Below are positions 9,415-17,805 of a stretch of DNA of 64,000 bases, piece by piece (position 1 is the first letter of the stretch; each line of letters begins with the position of its first letter). Source of the DNA: an uncultured Candidatus Saccharibacteria bacterium (GTDB lineage: Bacteria; Patescibacteriota; Saccharimonadia; Saccharimonadales; Saccharimonadaceae); NCBI GenBank assembly GCA_963552615.1, contig CAUVKG010000003.1, positions 15,163 to 79,162 on the forward strand, written 5' to 3'. The position numbers were made by a program, and so were the translations under genes. Below the pieces are notes generated by a model. The model was not told the origin of the DNA. It saw nothing but the letters and a program-made list of their open reading frames with translations, and searched no databases.

Positions 9415-9497
9415 TACAACAAGGGCATAGAAGGAGCTATGCCAAGCCCCGTTGCGGTGTATAAATGTATTAAAATAATACTATCATCGTAACGGGG

Positions 9498-10187
9498 TTA
9501 TTTACTTTTTCGGCGCAGTTCTTTGTAGCTAGCTAGAGTAGCCTGGTCAATTGTCTGTTTAGTCTTAGATAGATAACGCTTAACTAAATAATAGCCTAAT
9601 TTATACCCTGCCCAGCGGGGTAGCAGATCATCGCCGGAGAAAAAGATCGTTTCGTAGTCGTACTCCATGTTATCTAATTTATTCCTTAGGGCCGTCATCA
9701 TAGTGCTGATTTCTTTCGGTTCTGCTCGCCGGACTTCAGCCAGGAAGAACTGTCGTAGCTCGTAGCCGGATTGATTCATTGCCTGCTCCTCCAGCACTAC
9801 CGCCAGACCCTCCATGATCATACCGTCAAATAACGTCTCGGCAAACTCGGGTACTTTCTCCCAGCGTAGCGAGTGAGACAGTTCATGACAGACCGTCTCA
9901 AAGATGAAGTCCTCGCTCGGTTCGTGCTGACTTTTATCTAGTGCTACGACTATTAGACGAGAGTGATAAGTTCGTCCGCCAATACCGTCCTGCTGGATAG
10001 TCGGTGTCGTGGGTGATGATGAGACAACTATCAGATCAAGGTCGTAATCAAATGACCGGAATACACCGGATACAAAGGTCTCTGCACTCTTAACGGCACG
10101 ACGAATAGCGGTCACGTCCGTATCAGTAAAATCCTTGCCGGCATTGGCAATGTAGAGATGTATCCGACTCATGATCTGATTATACAC
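9498..10187 (-). CDS. Putative Zn-dependent metallopeptidase (HExxH; DUF2268-like)
   Basis: VCHELSHSLRWE HExxH motif, with size and layout like DUF2268 proteins. Confidence 0.55.
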   Translation of the reverse strand: MYNQIMSRIHLYIANAGKDFTDTDVTAIRRAVKSAETFVSGVFRSFDYDLDLIVVSSSPTTPTIQQDGIGGRTYHSRLIVVALDKSQHEPSEDFIFETVCHELSHSLRWEKVPEFAETLFDGMIMEGLAVVLEEQAMNQSGYELRQFFLAEVRRAEPKEISTMMTALRNKLDNMEYDYETIFFSGDDLLPRWAGYKLGYYLVKRYLSKTKQTIDQATLASYKELRRKSK

Positions 10188-10214
10188 CTGAGCCCCGTTA
10201 ATATAGGGTCTAGC

Positions 10215-10305
10215 TTGACAAATGCGGGGGTGTTACAGTGGAGACTATCAGGTTGTATGCGAGACCGGCTCACATGACCTGCGTTCTTTGAAAGGAGCTA
10301 GTAGA
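10215..10305 (+). promoter_or_regulatory. Copy A of a conserved TTGACA promoter plus 5'-UTR hairpin plus SD module
   Basis: TTGACA 10215-10220, GTGTTA block, hairpin 10249-10281 (CAGGT..ACCTG), GCGTTCTTTGAAAGGAG. Aligns with 40436-40524(-) and 41074-41163(-). Confidence 0.55.
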
Positions 10306-10347
10306 ATGTCAACTAATGCTTCGGATCTTAGGCTAGCTCAAATCTAA
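10306..10347 (+). CDS. 13-codon ORF (MSTNASDLRLAQI) behind leader copy A; possibly a decayed cassette ORF
   Basis: ATG 10306 lies 9 nt after AAGGAG. It overlaps the 3' end of the convergent ASCH gene by 20 nt. Confidence 0.2.
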   Translation: MSTNASDLRLAQI

Positions 10348-10666
10348 TGCCGATGACTCCGAATTGCACTTGCTTCTCGGGGCTATAGAATTCGTTAAGT
10401 GTGGCTATGAGGTTATCCTTGGTTGCGGCTTTGTCAGCTAATATAGCGATGTCAAAATCCTTACATAAGTCAACGAATGAGTCGTAGTGTAATAGCCCGA
10501 CAACTCTTGCTTGAACGCTTTTGTCATTAGATCCGGAAAACTCAATAAGGTCTCCCAGGTCAATCCGGCGACGTTTATCGTCAAAAAGTCGTAATTCTAT
10601 ACGTTTTGTGCCACCTTTGATATAGCTAAAATATGGCTCTTTCAAATGCATCTTATGTGTTTTCAT
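10328..10666 (-). CDS. ASCH (PUA-like) domain protein
   Basis: MHLKEPYFSYIKGGTKRIELRLFDDKRRRIDLGDLIEF is a typical ASCH N-terminal pattern. Confidence 0.65.
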   Translation of the reverse strand: MKTHKMHLKEPYFSYIKGGTKRIELRLFDDKRRRIDLGDLIEFSGSNDKSVQARVVGLLHYDSFVDLCKDFDIAILADKAATKDNLIATLNEFYSPEKQVQFGVIGIRFELA

Positions 10667-10784
10667 GTTCCATATTGTACACGATAAATGCAGTGAGTCA
10701 GTACACGGCTATTGACTGCAGACAGGTTCGGCGGTATAATCCAGCCAGTATAGGTTAAGATACAGACAGAAAGAGAGTCTACTT

Positions 10785-11312
10785 ATGAGCGAGAATAATA
10801 TAGACGACTCAGCCCTGCCCGAGAAGCAAGTCAAGCGACTACAGGTTCTTCTTAGCGAGGCTGAGACTAATTTGGCGGCAGCCAGAGAGCTGCTGACCTC
10901 CATTCTGGGGCCAAATGATATCCCGGCTCGGACTAACGAGCAGCTGACGGGGCGGGTGATAGAAGGCGTCTTCGACGGGCAAACCATGCATGACGGTGAG
11001 GGTAAATCCTACCCTGTGCCGGCGAACTATGCCTCGAAATCAAAATTGGTAGAGGGCGATATCTTGAAGCTAACTATTGCCGATGACGGCTCGTTTATCT
11101 ATAAACAGATTGGCCCGGTCGCCCGCAAGCAGGTAGTTGGCGTCTTGACTCAGCACGACGGTGCTTACTATGTCGAGGCGGGCACCAAGGAGTATCGAGT
11201 ATTGCTGGCGTCGGTCACATTCTTCAAGGCACATATCGGTGATCAGCTATCGGTAATTATTCCCGAAGATAATCGTGATGCCGAGTGGGCGGCGGTTGAG
11301 GCGATACTATAG
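10785..11312 (+). CDS. Hypothetical protein (175 aa)
   Basis: Long ORF in gene-dense context, abutting the next gene. No motif recognised. Confidence 0.6.
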   Translation: MSENNIDDSALPEKQVKRLQVLLSEAETNLAAARELLTSILGPNDIPARTNEQLTGRVIEGVFDGQTMHDGEGKSYPVPANYASKSKLVEGDILKLTIADDGSFIYKQIGPVARKQVVGVLTQHDGAYYVEAGTKEYRVLLASVTFFKAHIGDQLSVIIPEDNRDAEWAAVEAIL

Positions 11313-11314
11313 CT

Positions 11315-12187
11315 ATGGCTGAGTCTAACCAATCCAATAAGGAAGCCGGTGGTAATCAGTTTAATTACACACCGATCTCCCCGGAAGAGCAGCGAGCTAA
11401 GCAAAAGCAGGTCATCAGAGGTGCAGTCACTTTAGTGGCGATGATCGTCATCTTCGTCATGATCGTGGTCGGCTTTATCAGCTACTCCGTCGGCTATGAT
11501 GCGGGCAAGAAGAGCAGTAAGAGTAACTCTGTCTCGGCTAAGTCGGCCGGCTCAGAGAAGTCGAATACCGCTCAGTCAAGCGATGACGACTCAAACTCCG
11601 GCATCTCGGGCGAGGCGAGCGAGTATCAGTCGCCGAGTAAGGTGGGTGAAGGTAAAATCCCCGACCACTTCCGGGGTAAAGAAGGGGCTGAGGTGGTGGC
11701 CATTGAGTATGCAGATTTCACCTGTCCGTACTGCGTCCGGCTAGCCACTAATCTCATCTCGGTTCATGATAAATACGATAAGAAGGTGCAGTTCATCTAT
11801 CGCCACTACAATGTCGGCCACACTTACTCAGAGGTCACCTCTAAGATCGCCGAGGCGGCTTATCTGGTGGGAGGCGAAGATGCGTTCTGGAAGGCTGCCG
11901 ACCAGATGTACCGAGATAGCACCTGGATGGCAGGTGAATACATGAATACTGACCAGTTGCAAGATAAAATTCGTCAGCTGGCAGATAAAGTCGGGCTTGA
12001 TAGCGGAGCGGTGGTCGATAAGTATAACGACAGTGCCAATAACGGCATAGACGAGAAGATTAAGAGAGACCGTCAGCTAGCTCAAGATTCGAGCGTGGCC
12101 GGTACGCCGACTTGGTTTATCAATAAAAAGAAAGTAAATAGCTCGGCCTCCGCTATCACTGGCACACTCGAAGAATTGACCAAGTGA
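11315..12187 (+). CDS. Membrane-anchored DsbA-family thiol:disulfide oxidoreductase
   Basis: N-terminal TM, Ser-rich linker, thioredoxin-fold CxxC motif FTCPYC, C-terminal GTPTWFIN. Confidence 0.8.
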   Translation: MAESNQSNKEAGGNQFNYTPISPEEQRAKQKQVIRGAVTLVAMIVIFVMIVVGFISYSVGYDAGKKSSKSNSVSAKSAGSEKSNTAQSSDDDSNSGISGEASEYQSPSKVGEGKIPDHFRGKEGAEVVAIEYADFTCPYCVRLATNLISVHDKYDKKVQFIYRHYNVGHTYSEVTSKIAEAAYLVGGEDAFWKAADQMYRDSTWMAGEYMNTDQLQDKIRQLADKVGLDSGAVVDKYNDSANNGIDEKIKRDRQLAQDSSVAGTPTWFINKKKVNSSASAITGTLEELTK

Positions 12188-12205
12188 GCTTTAGCGTTTT
12201 TCATT

Positions 12206-12214
12206 TGCTATAAT
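12206..12214 (+). promoter_or_regulatory. Extended -10 TGcTATAAT 6 nt upstream of the dnaX ATG (leaderless-type arrangement)
   Basis: TATAAT 12209-12214, ATG 12221, no SD in between. Confidence 0.45.
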
Positions 12215-12220
12215 AGCCTC

Positions 12221-13717
12221 ATGAGTAATAGTGGAGGTGGTACTAGGCTTGCCCTGTATCGTAAGTATCGACCAACTAGCTTGGCTCAGGTGATCGGTCA
12301 GCCGCAAGTAACAGAAATATTACAAGCCTCGCTCGACCATGGCGCCTTTGCTCATGCTTATCTCTTTACCGGGCAGCGAGGTACCGGCAAGACGACCGTG
12401 GCTCGTATCCTGGCACATTTAGTCAACGGACTAGACTACAGCGACAACCTGAGCAACGACAGCATTGATATCATTGAGATAGATGCCGCCAGTAATAATG
12501 GCGTCGATGATGTGCGGCAGATCCGAGACAGCGTCCAGCTGGCACCGATGAACTGTCGCTACAAGATATATATCATCGACGAGTTTCATATGCTCAGCAA
12601 GCCGGCTTTCAACGCTCTACTCAAAACCATTGAGGAGCCGCCCGAGTACGTCATTTTCGTCCTCGCCACTACCGAGTTACAGAAGGTGCCGGCTACCATT
12701 TTGTCACGAGTGCAGCGGTTTCATTTCAAGCCCGTACCGGTCGATCTCTTAGCTAAACATCTGCGCATGATCGCTGAGTCGGAACATATCAACGTCGATG
12801 ACGATGCCCTGAGATTGATTGCTGAGCACGGTGGCGGCAGTGTGCGTGATGCGATTACTCTGCTGGATCAGCTAGCCGGCAACCAATCCATCACCGTGGA
12901 GACCGTCAATGACGTCCTGGGTCTGATCTCGCAAGCAGAGATGAGCCAATTAGCGACCAATATCACCGAAGGGAAACCTCAGCCGGTCATCAGCCAGGTT
13001 AACGAGCTGATCGGTAATGGAGTCGGTGCTACGGCTTTAGCCAAGCAACTAATCGACCACCTGACTAAGCTGGCACCGGATCAGCCCGAGCTTTATCGGC
13101 TAATAGAGCGCCTGTTGGAAGTCGGTCGAGCTGGCTTGCCCGAGATCAAGCTGATGGCTATCTTAGTCGACGCATCGTTACCGAGAGTGTCCACCAGTCC
13201 GTCAGTTGTACCTAGGGCTACGAAACCAGCTCAATCCACTGTAGCTCAAGTGACTGCTAAATCTACTCCGGTGTCCAAGCCCGCCGCTAAGGCTAGTTCG
13301 ACCGGTGACAGCCAGTCGAAGACGACAAACACTAAGAAAACTGCCCCAACTGCCGCTCCGGTATCAGCCGAGCCGGCAGAGGCAACCGAGTCGATCAAAG
13401 AGCTGGTCTGGGCGGATGTAATTAACCAACTGGCAGAGCAGAACCGTCCTTCTACTAAATCACTGCTGGAGCAGGCGGACTATCGCTACAGCGCTTCGAC
13501 GAATACTCTGACATTATTCTTTGGTAAGACCTTTCATCGCAAGCAAGCTAAGACCGGTCGCTTTCAAGATAGCTTGCTGACCACGCTGAACGAGCTCTAT
13601 CAGGTTAAGCCAACGATTGTCATATCAGAGGAGCCGGCTCCGCTTGACTCTGACGTCGCCGCAGTTCTAAGTGTAGTTGGTGGAGAGGTAACCACTATTA
13701 GCGATGGCACGATCTAG
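12221..13717 (+). CDS. dnaX: DNA polymerase III subunit gamma/tau
   Basis: YRPTSLAQVIGQ, Walker A GQRGTGKTT, IIDEFHMLS, SRVQRFHFK. Low-complexity Pro/Ala/Ser/Thr linker in the C-terminal half. Confidence 0.9.
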   Translation: MSNSGGGTRLALYRKYRPTSLAQVIGQPQVTEILQASLDHGAFAHAYLFTGQRGTGKTTVARILAHLVNGLDYSDNLSNDSIDIIEIDAASNNGVDDVRQIRDSVQLAPMNCRYKIYIIDEFHMLSKPAFNALLKTIEEPPEYVIFVLATTELQKVPATILSRVQRFHFKPVPVDLLAKHLRMIAESEHINVDDDALRLIAEHGGGSVRDAITLLDQLAGNQSITVETVNDVLGLISQAEMSQLATNITEGKPQPVISQVNELIGNGVGATALAKQLIDHLTKLAPDQPELYRLIERLLEVGRAGLPEIKLMAILVDASLPRVSTSPSVVPRATKPAQSTVAQVTAKSTPVSKPAAKASSTGDSQSKTTNTKKTAPTAAPVSAEPAEATESIKELVWADVINQLAEQNRPSTKSLLEQADYRYSASTNTLTLFFGKTFHRKQAKTGRFQDSLLTTLNELYQVKPTIVISEEPAPLDSDVAAVLSVVGGEVTTISDGTI

Positions 13718-15161
13718 CTCTACTTCAGCTGATTTATCTGATAGTCGCCCCGGTGACCAGCCACTGGTCGAAGCGGCTATTGCCGGCTCGGTTGACTACT
13801 CCGGCACGGTTGAGACCACTACTGTCGAGGGAGGTAAGCTCCCACCACAGAACTTGGCTGCCGAGATGTCTCTCCTGGGGGCGCTCCTGATTGATGATGA
13901 GACTCTGGTTGACATAGCCGACCAAGTCAAAACGGATGATTTCTACGATCGACGCCACCAGGCTATTTTTAAGGCTATCATGAAGCTGTATCAGAAGAAC
14001 GCTCGGGTCGATCTGCTGACCGTAAGTAGCGAGCTTAGTAAGGCGCACCAGCTTGATCAAGCCGGCGGGCGTAGCTACCTCAGTGATTTAACCAATACCA
14101 TACCGAGCGCCAGCCACGCCGTCGACTACGCTCGGATTGTTCGGGAGGCATCCGTCCGACGCAAGCTGACTAAGGCAGGAGAAGTAATCTCGGATCTGGC
14201 CAACAAATCAGCAGACGACATCCAGGAGATTCTATCGCAGGCGGAGGCGAGCCTCTATGCTGTCAGCTCCGGCTCGCAGCACAGCGACATGGTTTCACTG
14301 GAATCTTTACTCAGTGACGCCTTCGAAAAGATGTCCTACCTGCACCAGAATAAAGGCGAGCTACGGGGCATCCGCACCGGCTTTAAGGACTTAGACAAGA
14401 TGACGGCGGGCTTGCAGAAGTCCGACCTGATCGTCCTGGCGGCTCGGCCGGCTATGGGCAAGTCCACCCTGGCTCAGAATATCGCTTACAATGTGGCGAT
14501 GCGGGAAGGCAAGTCAGTTCTCTTCTTTAGTCTGGAGATGAGCAACTCACAGGTGGTTGACCGGATGATCTCAGAGGCCTCCGGGGTTGATAGCTGGAAT
14601 ATCCGCACCGGCAACCTTACCCAAGAGGACTTTAGTAAGATTAGCGACACCATGGGGGAGATGAGCGAGATACCGATCAAGTTTGAAGACAAACCCGGCA
14701 TGACCATGCTGGAGATGAAGGTCAAAGCGCAGCGAGAGGCGCATAAGAATCCTCTCGGGCTGATCATCGTTGACTATCTCCAGCTAATGTCGGGCAGTCG
14801 CCAGTACGGCGATAACCGGGTACAAGAGATCAGCGAGATCTCCCGGGGGCTCAAGCTGATGGCACGAGAGCTGGACGTACCGGTGCTGGCGCTGTCTCAG
14901 CTGAGCCGTTCCGTCGAGCAGCGCCCCGACAAGCGGCCGATGCTATCTGACCTGCGAGAGTCCGGATCTATCGAGCAGGATGCCGATATCGTCATGTTCG
15001 TCTACCGCGAGGATTATTACAATCCCGACACTGAGCGTCAGCACATCACTGACCTGATTATCGGTAAACACCGTAACGGTCCGGTCGGTACCGTCGAGCT
15101 GTACTTCCATCCCGAGAAGCTGAAGTTTATGTCGCTGGAGAAGCGCAAGCACGATAAGTAG
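13704..15161 (+). CDS. dnaB: Replicative DNA helicase DnaB
   Basis: PPQNLAAEMSLLGALL, Walker A ARPAMGKST, IIVDYLQLM, ALSQLSRSVEQR, SDLRESGSIEQDAD. Confidence 0.9.
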   Translation: MARSSSTSADLSDSRPGDQPLVEAAIAGSVDYSGTVETTTVEGGKLPPQNLAAEMSLLGALLIDDETLVDIADQVKTDDFYDRRHQAIFKAIMKLYQKNARVDLLTVSSELSKAHQLDQAGGRSYLSDLTNTIPSASHAVDYARIVREASVRRKLTKAGEVISDLANKSADDIQEILSQAEASLYAVSSGSQHSDMVSLESLLSDAFEKMSYLHQNKGELRGIRTGFKDLDKMTAGLQKSDLIVLAARPAMGKSTLAQNIAYNVAMREGKSVLFFSLEMSNSQVVDRMISEASGVDSWNIRTGNLTQEDFSKISDTMGEMSEIPIKFEDKPGMTMLEMKVKAQREAHKNPLGLIIVDYLQLMSGSRQYGDNRVQEISEISRGLKLMARELDVPVLALSQLSRSVEQRPDKRPMLSDLRESGSIEQDADIVMFVYREDYYNPDTERQHITDLIIGKHRNGPVGTVELYFHPEKLKFMSLEKRKHDK

Positions 15162-15209
15162 ATCCGGATCGGTCCACCTCTGGTTCGCTTCCGGTTGGCT
15201 TGAGCCGAC

Positions 15210-16715
15210 TTATTCGTAGACGGCAAGTAGCAGTGAGTCGTGTTGAAGCCAGCCGGTGTAGACATGACTCAGCTTCAGCTTCTGCACGTCAGACCTGATC
15301 GCCCTGTCGGCGATCGCCAGCTTGAGCGGCGGGGCTTTCGAGTCAACCAGGCTGCCACCGGTTTGCTTCGCCTCAAGTGACTTAATCAGCTCATTTATTC
15401 GCTTATCGTCGTGGCGGTAGACCCGTAGATTGCTGTAGCGATTAGTCAGTAAGCTATATAGCTGATAGTCCGTCTCTGAGTGCGCTACCAGTCGTATCTC
15501 AGCGTGGGGGTTGCTCGTGAGGAGCTGGTTGACGGCGGGCAGGGTCTGGTCATACTGGTAGACCACACCGGCTCGGTAGCTGACCGCACTGATGTAACGG
15601 TTGATATCCAGTAGGCTGATTGAACCAATCAAGATTGATAGAGCCAAGATGGCGAGGCTGCGAGCGTAGGGATTCTGAGGGAAGAGCCCGTGCCATTTGT
15701 CAACGATATATCTGATGGCGATAACCTCCAGTAGGATAGTCGGAATGAAGAGTAGGTAGATATAGTCGGGATTAAACGCAGCCATACTCACACCGACGAT
15801 CAACAGGCTGATGATCATATACGAGCGCAGGCTGAGCAGTCCGCCCCGCTTAGCTAGAGTGATCAGACCAATGACTACCATGATAGCGCCGGTGATAGTC
15901 AGCATCGGGGTCATTAGTCCACCGGTCAGACCGGCTGAGCCGACGACATAGCCGGCTGCAAGCTGATGCAGGTTGGCCAGGCTGGGAGTACCGATGGCCA
16001 GTAGACTCGCCAAGGTGACGCGACTCTTGCCGATTAGCAGCATGGGGGCGAGTAGTAAAATCAGGTAAGCCACAGCTATCCCGGCGAGCAGCTTCTTGCG
16101 GCGCTTGATAATGTAGCGAGACTTGGGGTGGAGGAGAGCAGCCACCGCTAGTGCCGCTATGATATAGAGTCCACCCGACATATAGCTAAGCGCCACCAGA
16201 TCCAGTGCTAGACCAATCGCCGGAGCAGCCTTTTGCTTGGTATTGACGACATAGTAGCCGAATAAAATCGCCAGAGCCAGCAGCAGCACCGTCATGACTG
16301 CCGGTGTGCCGGCTCGCCCCAGGCTAATAGTAAAGGCTGAGCAGGCCATCAGTAAACCACCCATCATGGCTAGACTTGGTCGGTAGATAGCTCTGATCGC
16401 CAGCATCATCGTCAAGATACTAGCCACCACTAAGAATAAAGCGGGCAGTCTCAGGGCAAAGATCGTTATACCATAGAGCTTGATCGCTAGGGCCTCTAGG
16501 ATCAGCCAAGGAGCATTAACTAGGCCGGTAACATTACCACCGGCCAGCCGTCCGCTAGCTATCGCCGACAGTTTCTCGCTAACTGACAGACCGGACGGCA
16601 CTGACCAGAAGCGATAGATACTGATAGCCAGCACTATCACTGCCAGTAGAATGCCGGTCAGTAGATAGCGGTATCGATAGAGCCAACTCCGCTGGATGGA
16701 ACGCTTGCGTCTCAT
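15210..16715 (-). CDS. Polytopic membrane protein, possible GT-C-type (ArnT/PMT-like) glycosyltransferase
   Basis: More than 10 hydrophobic segments followed by a soluble C-terminal domain. The family call is by general architecture only. Confidence 0.4.
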   Translation of the reverse strand: MRRKRSIQRSWLYRYRYLLTGILLAVIVLAISIYRFWSVPSGLSVSEKLSAIASGRLAGGNVTGLVNAPWLILEALAIKLYGITIFALRLPALFLVVASILTMMLAIRAIYRPSLAMMGGLLMACSAFTISLGRAGTPAVMTVLLLALAILFGYYVVNTKQKAAPAIGLALDLVALSYMSGGLYIIAALAVAALLHPKSRYIIKRRKKLLAGIAVAYLILLLAPMLLIGKSRVTLASLLAIGTPSLANLHQLAAGYVVGSAGLTGGLMTPMLTITGAIMVVIGLITLAKRGGLLSLRSYMIISLLIVGVSMAAFNPDYIYLLFIPTILLEVIAIRYIVDKWHGLFPQNPYARSLAILALSILIGSISLLDINRYISAVSYRAGVVYQYDQTLPAVNQLLTSNPHAEIRLVAHSETDYQLYSLLTNRYSNLRVYRHDDKRINELIKSLEAKQTGGSLVDSKAPPLKLAIADRAIRSDVQKLKLSHVYTGWLQHDSLLLAVYE

Positions 16716-16745
16716 TTACTGCCCATTTTAGCATATGTTATAATC

Positions 16746-16754
16746 TGAGGAGTT
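16746..16754 (+). promoter_or_regulatory. Extended -10 TGtTATAAT upstream of ybaB (this gene has a normal SD leader)
   Basis: Read directly. GAAGGAGG RBS follows before ATG 16772. Confidence 0.4.
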
Positions 16755-16771
16755 TTAAGAGAAGGAGGACA

Positions 16772-17071
16772 ATGGCGGGATTCAAGGATCAGATGGCGAT
16801 GATGCAGAAGCTGCGTAAAGCGCAAAAGGAACTGGCCAACGAGCTGGTCGAGGTTGAAGCAGGCGACGGGGCAGTAGTGATTCAGTTTAGCGGTGAGCTC
16901 AAAGTAGTGGATGTCAAGATTGACCCTGAGCTAATCGACCTGGACAATAAAGCCCAGCTGGAGGGCTGGATCAAGAGTGCTATCCGTGACGGCTTGAAAG
17001 CCGCTCAGGAAGTTGCCACCGAGAAGATGAAGCCACTAATGGGCGGTCTAGGTGGCATGATGGGCATGTAG
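16772..17071 (+). CDS. ybaB: YbaB/EbfC-family nucleoid-associated protein
   Basis: MMQKLRKAQKEL...VEVEAGDGAVVIQFSGELKVVDVKIDPELID pattern and adjacency to recR. Confidence 0.85.
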   Translation: MAGFKDQMAMMQKLRKAQKELANELVEVEAGDGAVVIQFSGELKVVDVKIDPELIDLDNKAQLEGWIKSAIRDGLKAAQEVATEKMKPLMGGLGGMMGM

Positions 17072-17076
17072 AGTCG

Positions 17077-17709
17077 ATGCCACCTAGCGATTATTCCGCT
17101 CTGCCTCGTGCTCTAAACGAGCTGATTGAAGCTTTTAGCGCCTTGCCTGGCGTCGGCTTTAAGACCGCCGAGCGCTACGCTTACGCTTGCCTCAAGAGCG
17201 ACCGATCTAAGTCTCGTCAATTAGCCTTGACTCTGAGCGCCCTGCATGACAAGGTCAAGCGTTGTCCAGTTACTTTCGCCTTGATCGATACCGATGATGA
17301 AGTGTCACCTCTATATTGCGACGATCGTCGCAACAAGCAGCTAGTCGCTGTAGTCGAAGATCCTTTCGATGTGCTGGCGCTGGAATCAACTGGGCAATAC
17401 CAGGGGACTTACCATGTACTGGGCGGGGTTATCTCGCCGATCGACGGTATCGGTCCGAACCAGCTGCATATCAGCGAGCTGATTGACCGCCTGCGTCGTG
17501 ACCAGGTCAAAGAAGTCATCTTGGCCACTAACGCCAGTGTCGAAGGCGAGTCAACCGCCCTCTACATCCAGCGTCAATTAGAAGAGGCGGAACTGGCGGA
17601 TCTGATGGTGAGCCGTCTGGCTCGAGGCATACCGATCGGCGTCGACTTGGAATATGCCGACAAGATTACTCTGGGGCATGCTTTAAGTGGACGCAAGCGA
17701 CTGGACTAA
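17077..17709 (+). CDS. recR: Recombination protein RecR (Cys4 zinc-finger region degenerate)
   Basis: LIEAFSALPGVGFKTAERYAY (HhH), Toprim block LVAVVEDPFDVLALE, ILATNASVEGESTALYI. Confidence 0.9.
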   Translation: MPPSDYSALPRALNELIEAFSALPGVGFKTAERYAYACLKSDRSKSRQLALTLSALHDKVKRCPVTFALIDTDDEVSPLYCDDRRNKQLVAVVEDPFDVLALESTGQYQGTYHVLGGVISPIDGIGPNQLHISELIDRLRRDQVKEVILATNASVEGESTALYIQRQLEEAELADLMVSRLARGIPIGVDLEYADKITLGHALSGRKRLD

Positions 17710-17744
17710 TTGACCGCCCCTCTGCTTCTCTTTAGCAGGATTAA

Positions 17745-17782
17745 TATAAAAATATAGCCGGCACGCTTAGTACCGGCTATAT
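17745..17782 (-). terminator. Rho-independent terminator for the minus-strand gene 17806-18513
   Basis: Stem ATATAGCCGGCAC / GTACCGGCTATAT (one mismatch) followed on the minus strand by TTTTTAT. Confidence 0.65.
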
Positions 17783-17805
17783 CACAGTGGTCTGCCGCCT
17801 GGCTA

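Noticed and set aside
9225-9428. Pro-rich 67-aa minus-strand ORF (PLPQPLPQLFPPQPLPQ...)
   Set aside because: It is the reverse complement of the Gly/Cys-codon repeat and has no SD. Low complexity makes all frames open. I kept it only as a caveat to the plus-strand peptide hypothesis.
12221-13717. Programmed -1 frameshift site (A AAA AAG type) in dnaX to make a gamma subunit
   Set aside because: I found no A-rich slippery heptamer with a downstream hairpin in the linker region on reading it, so I make no claim.
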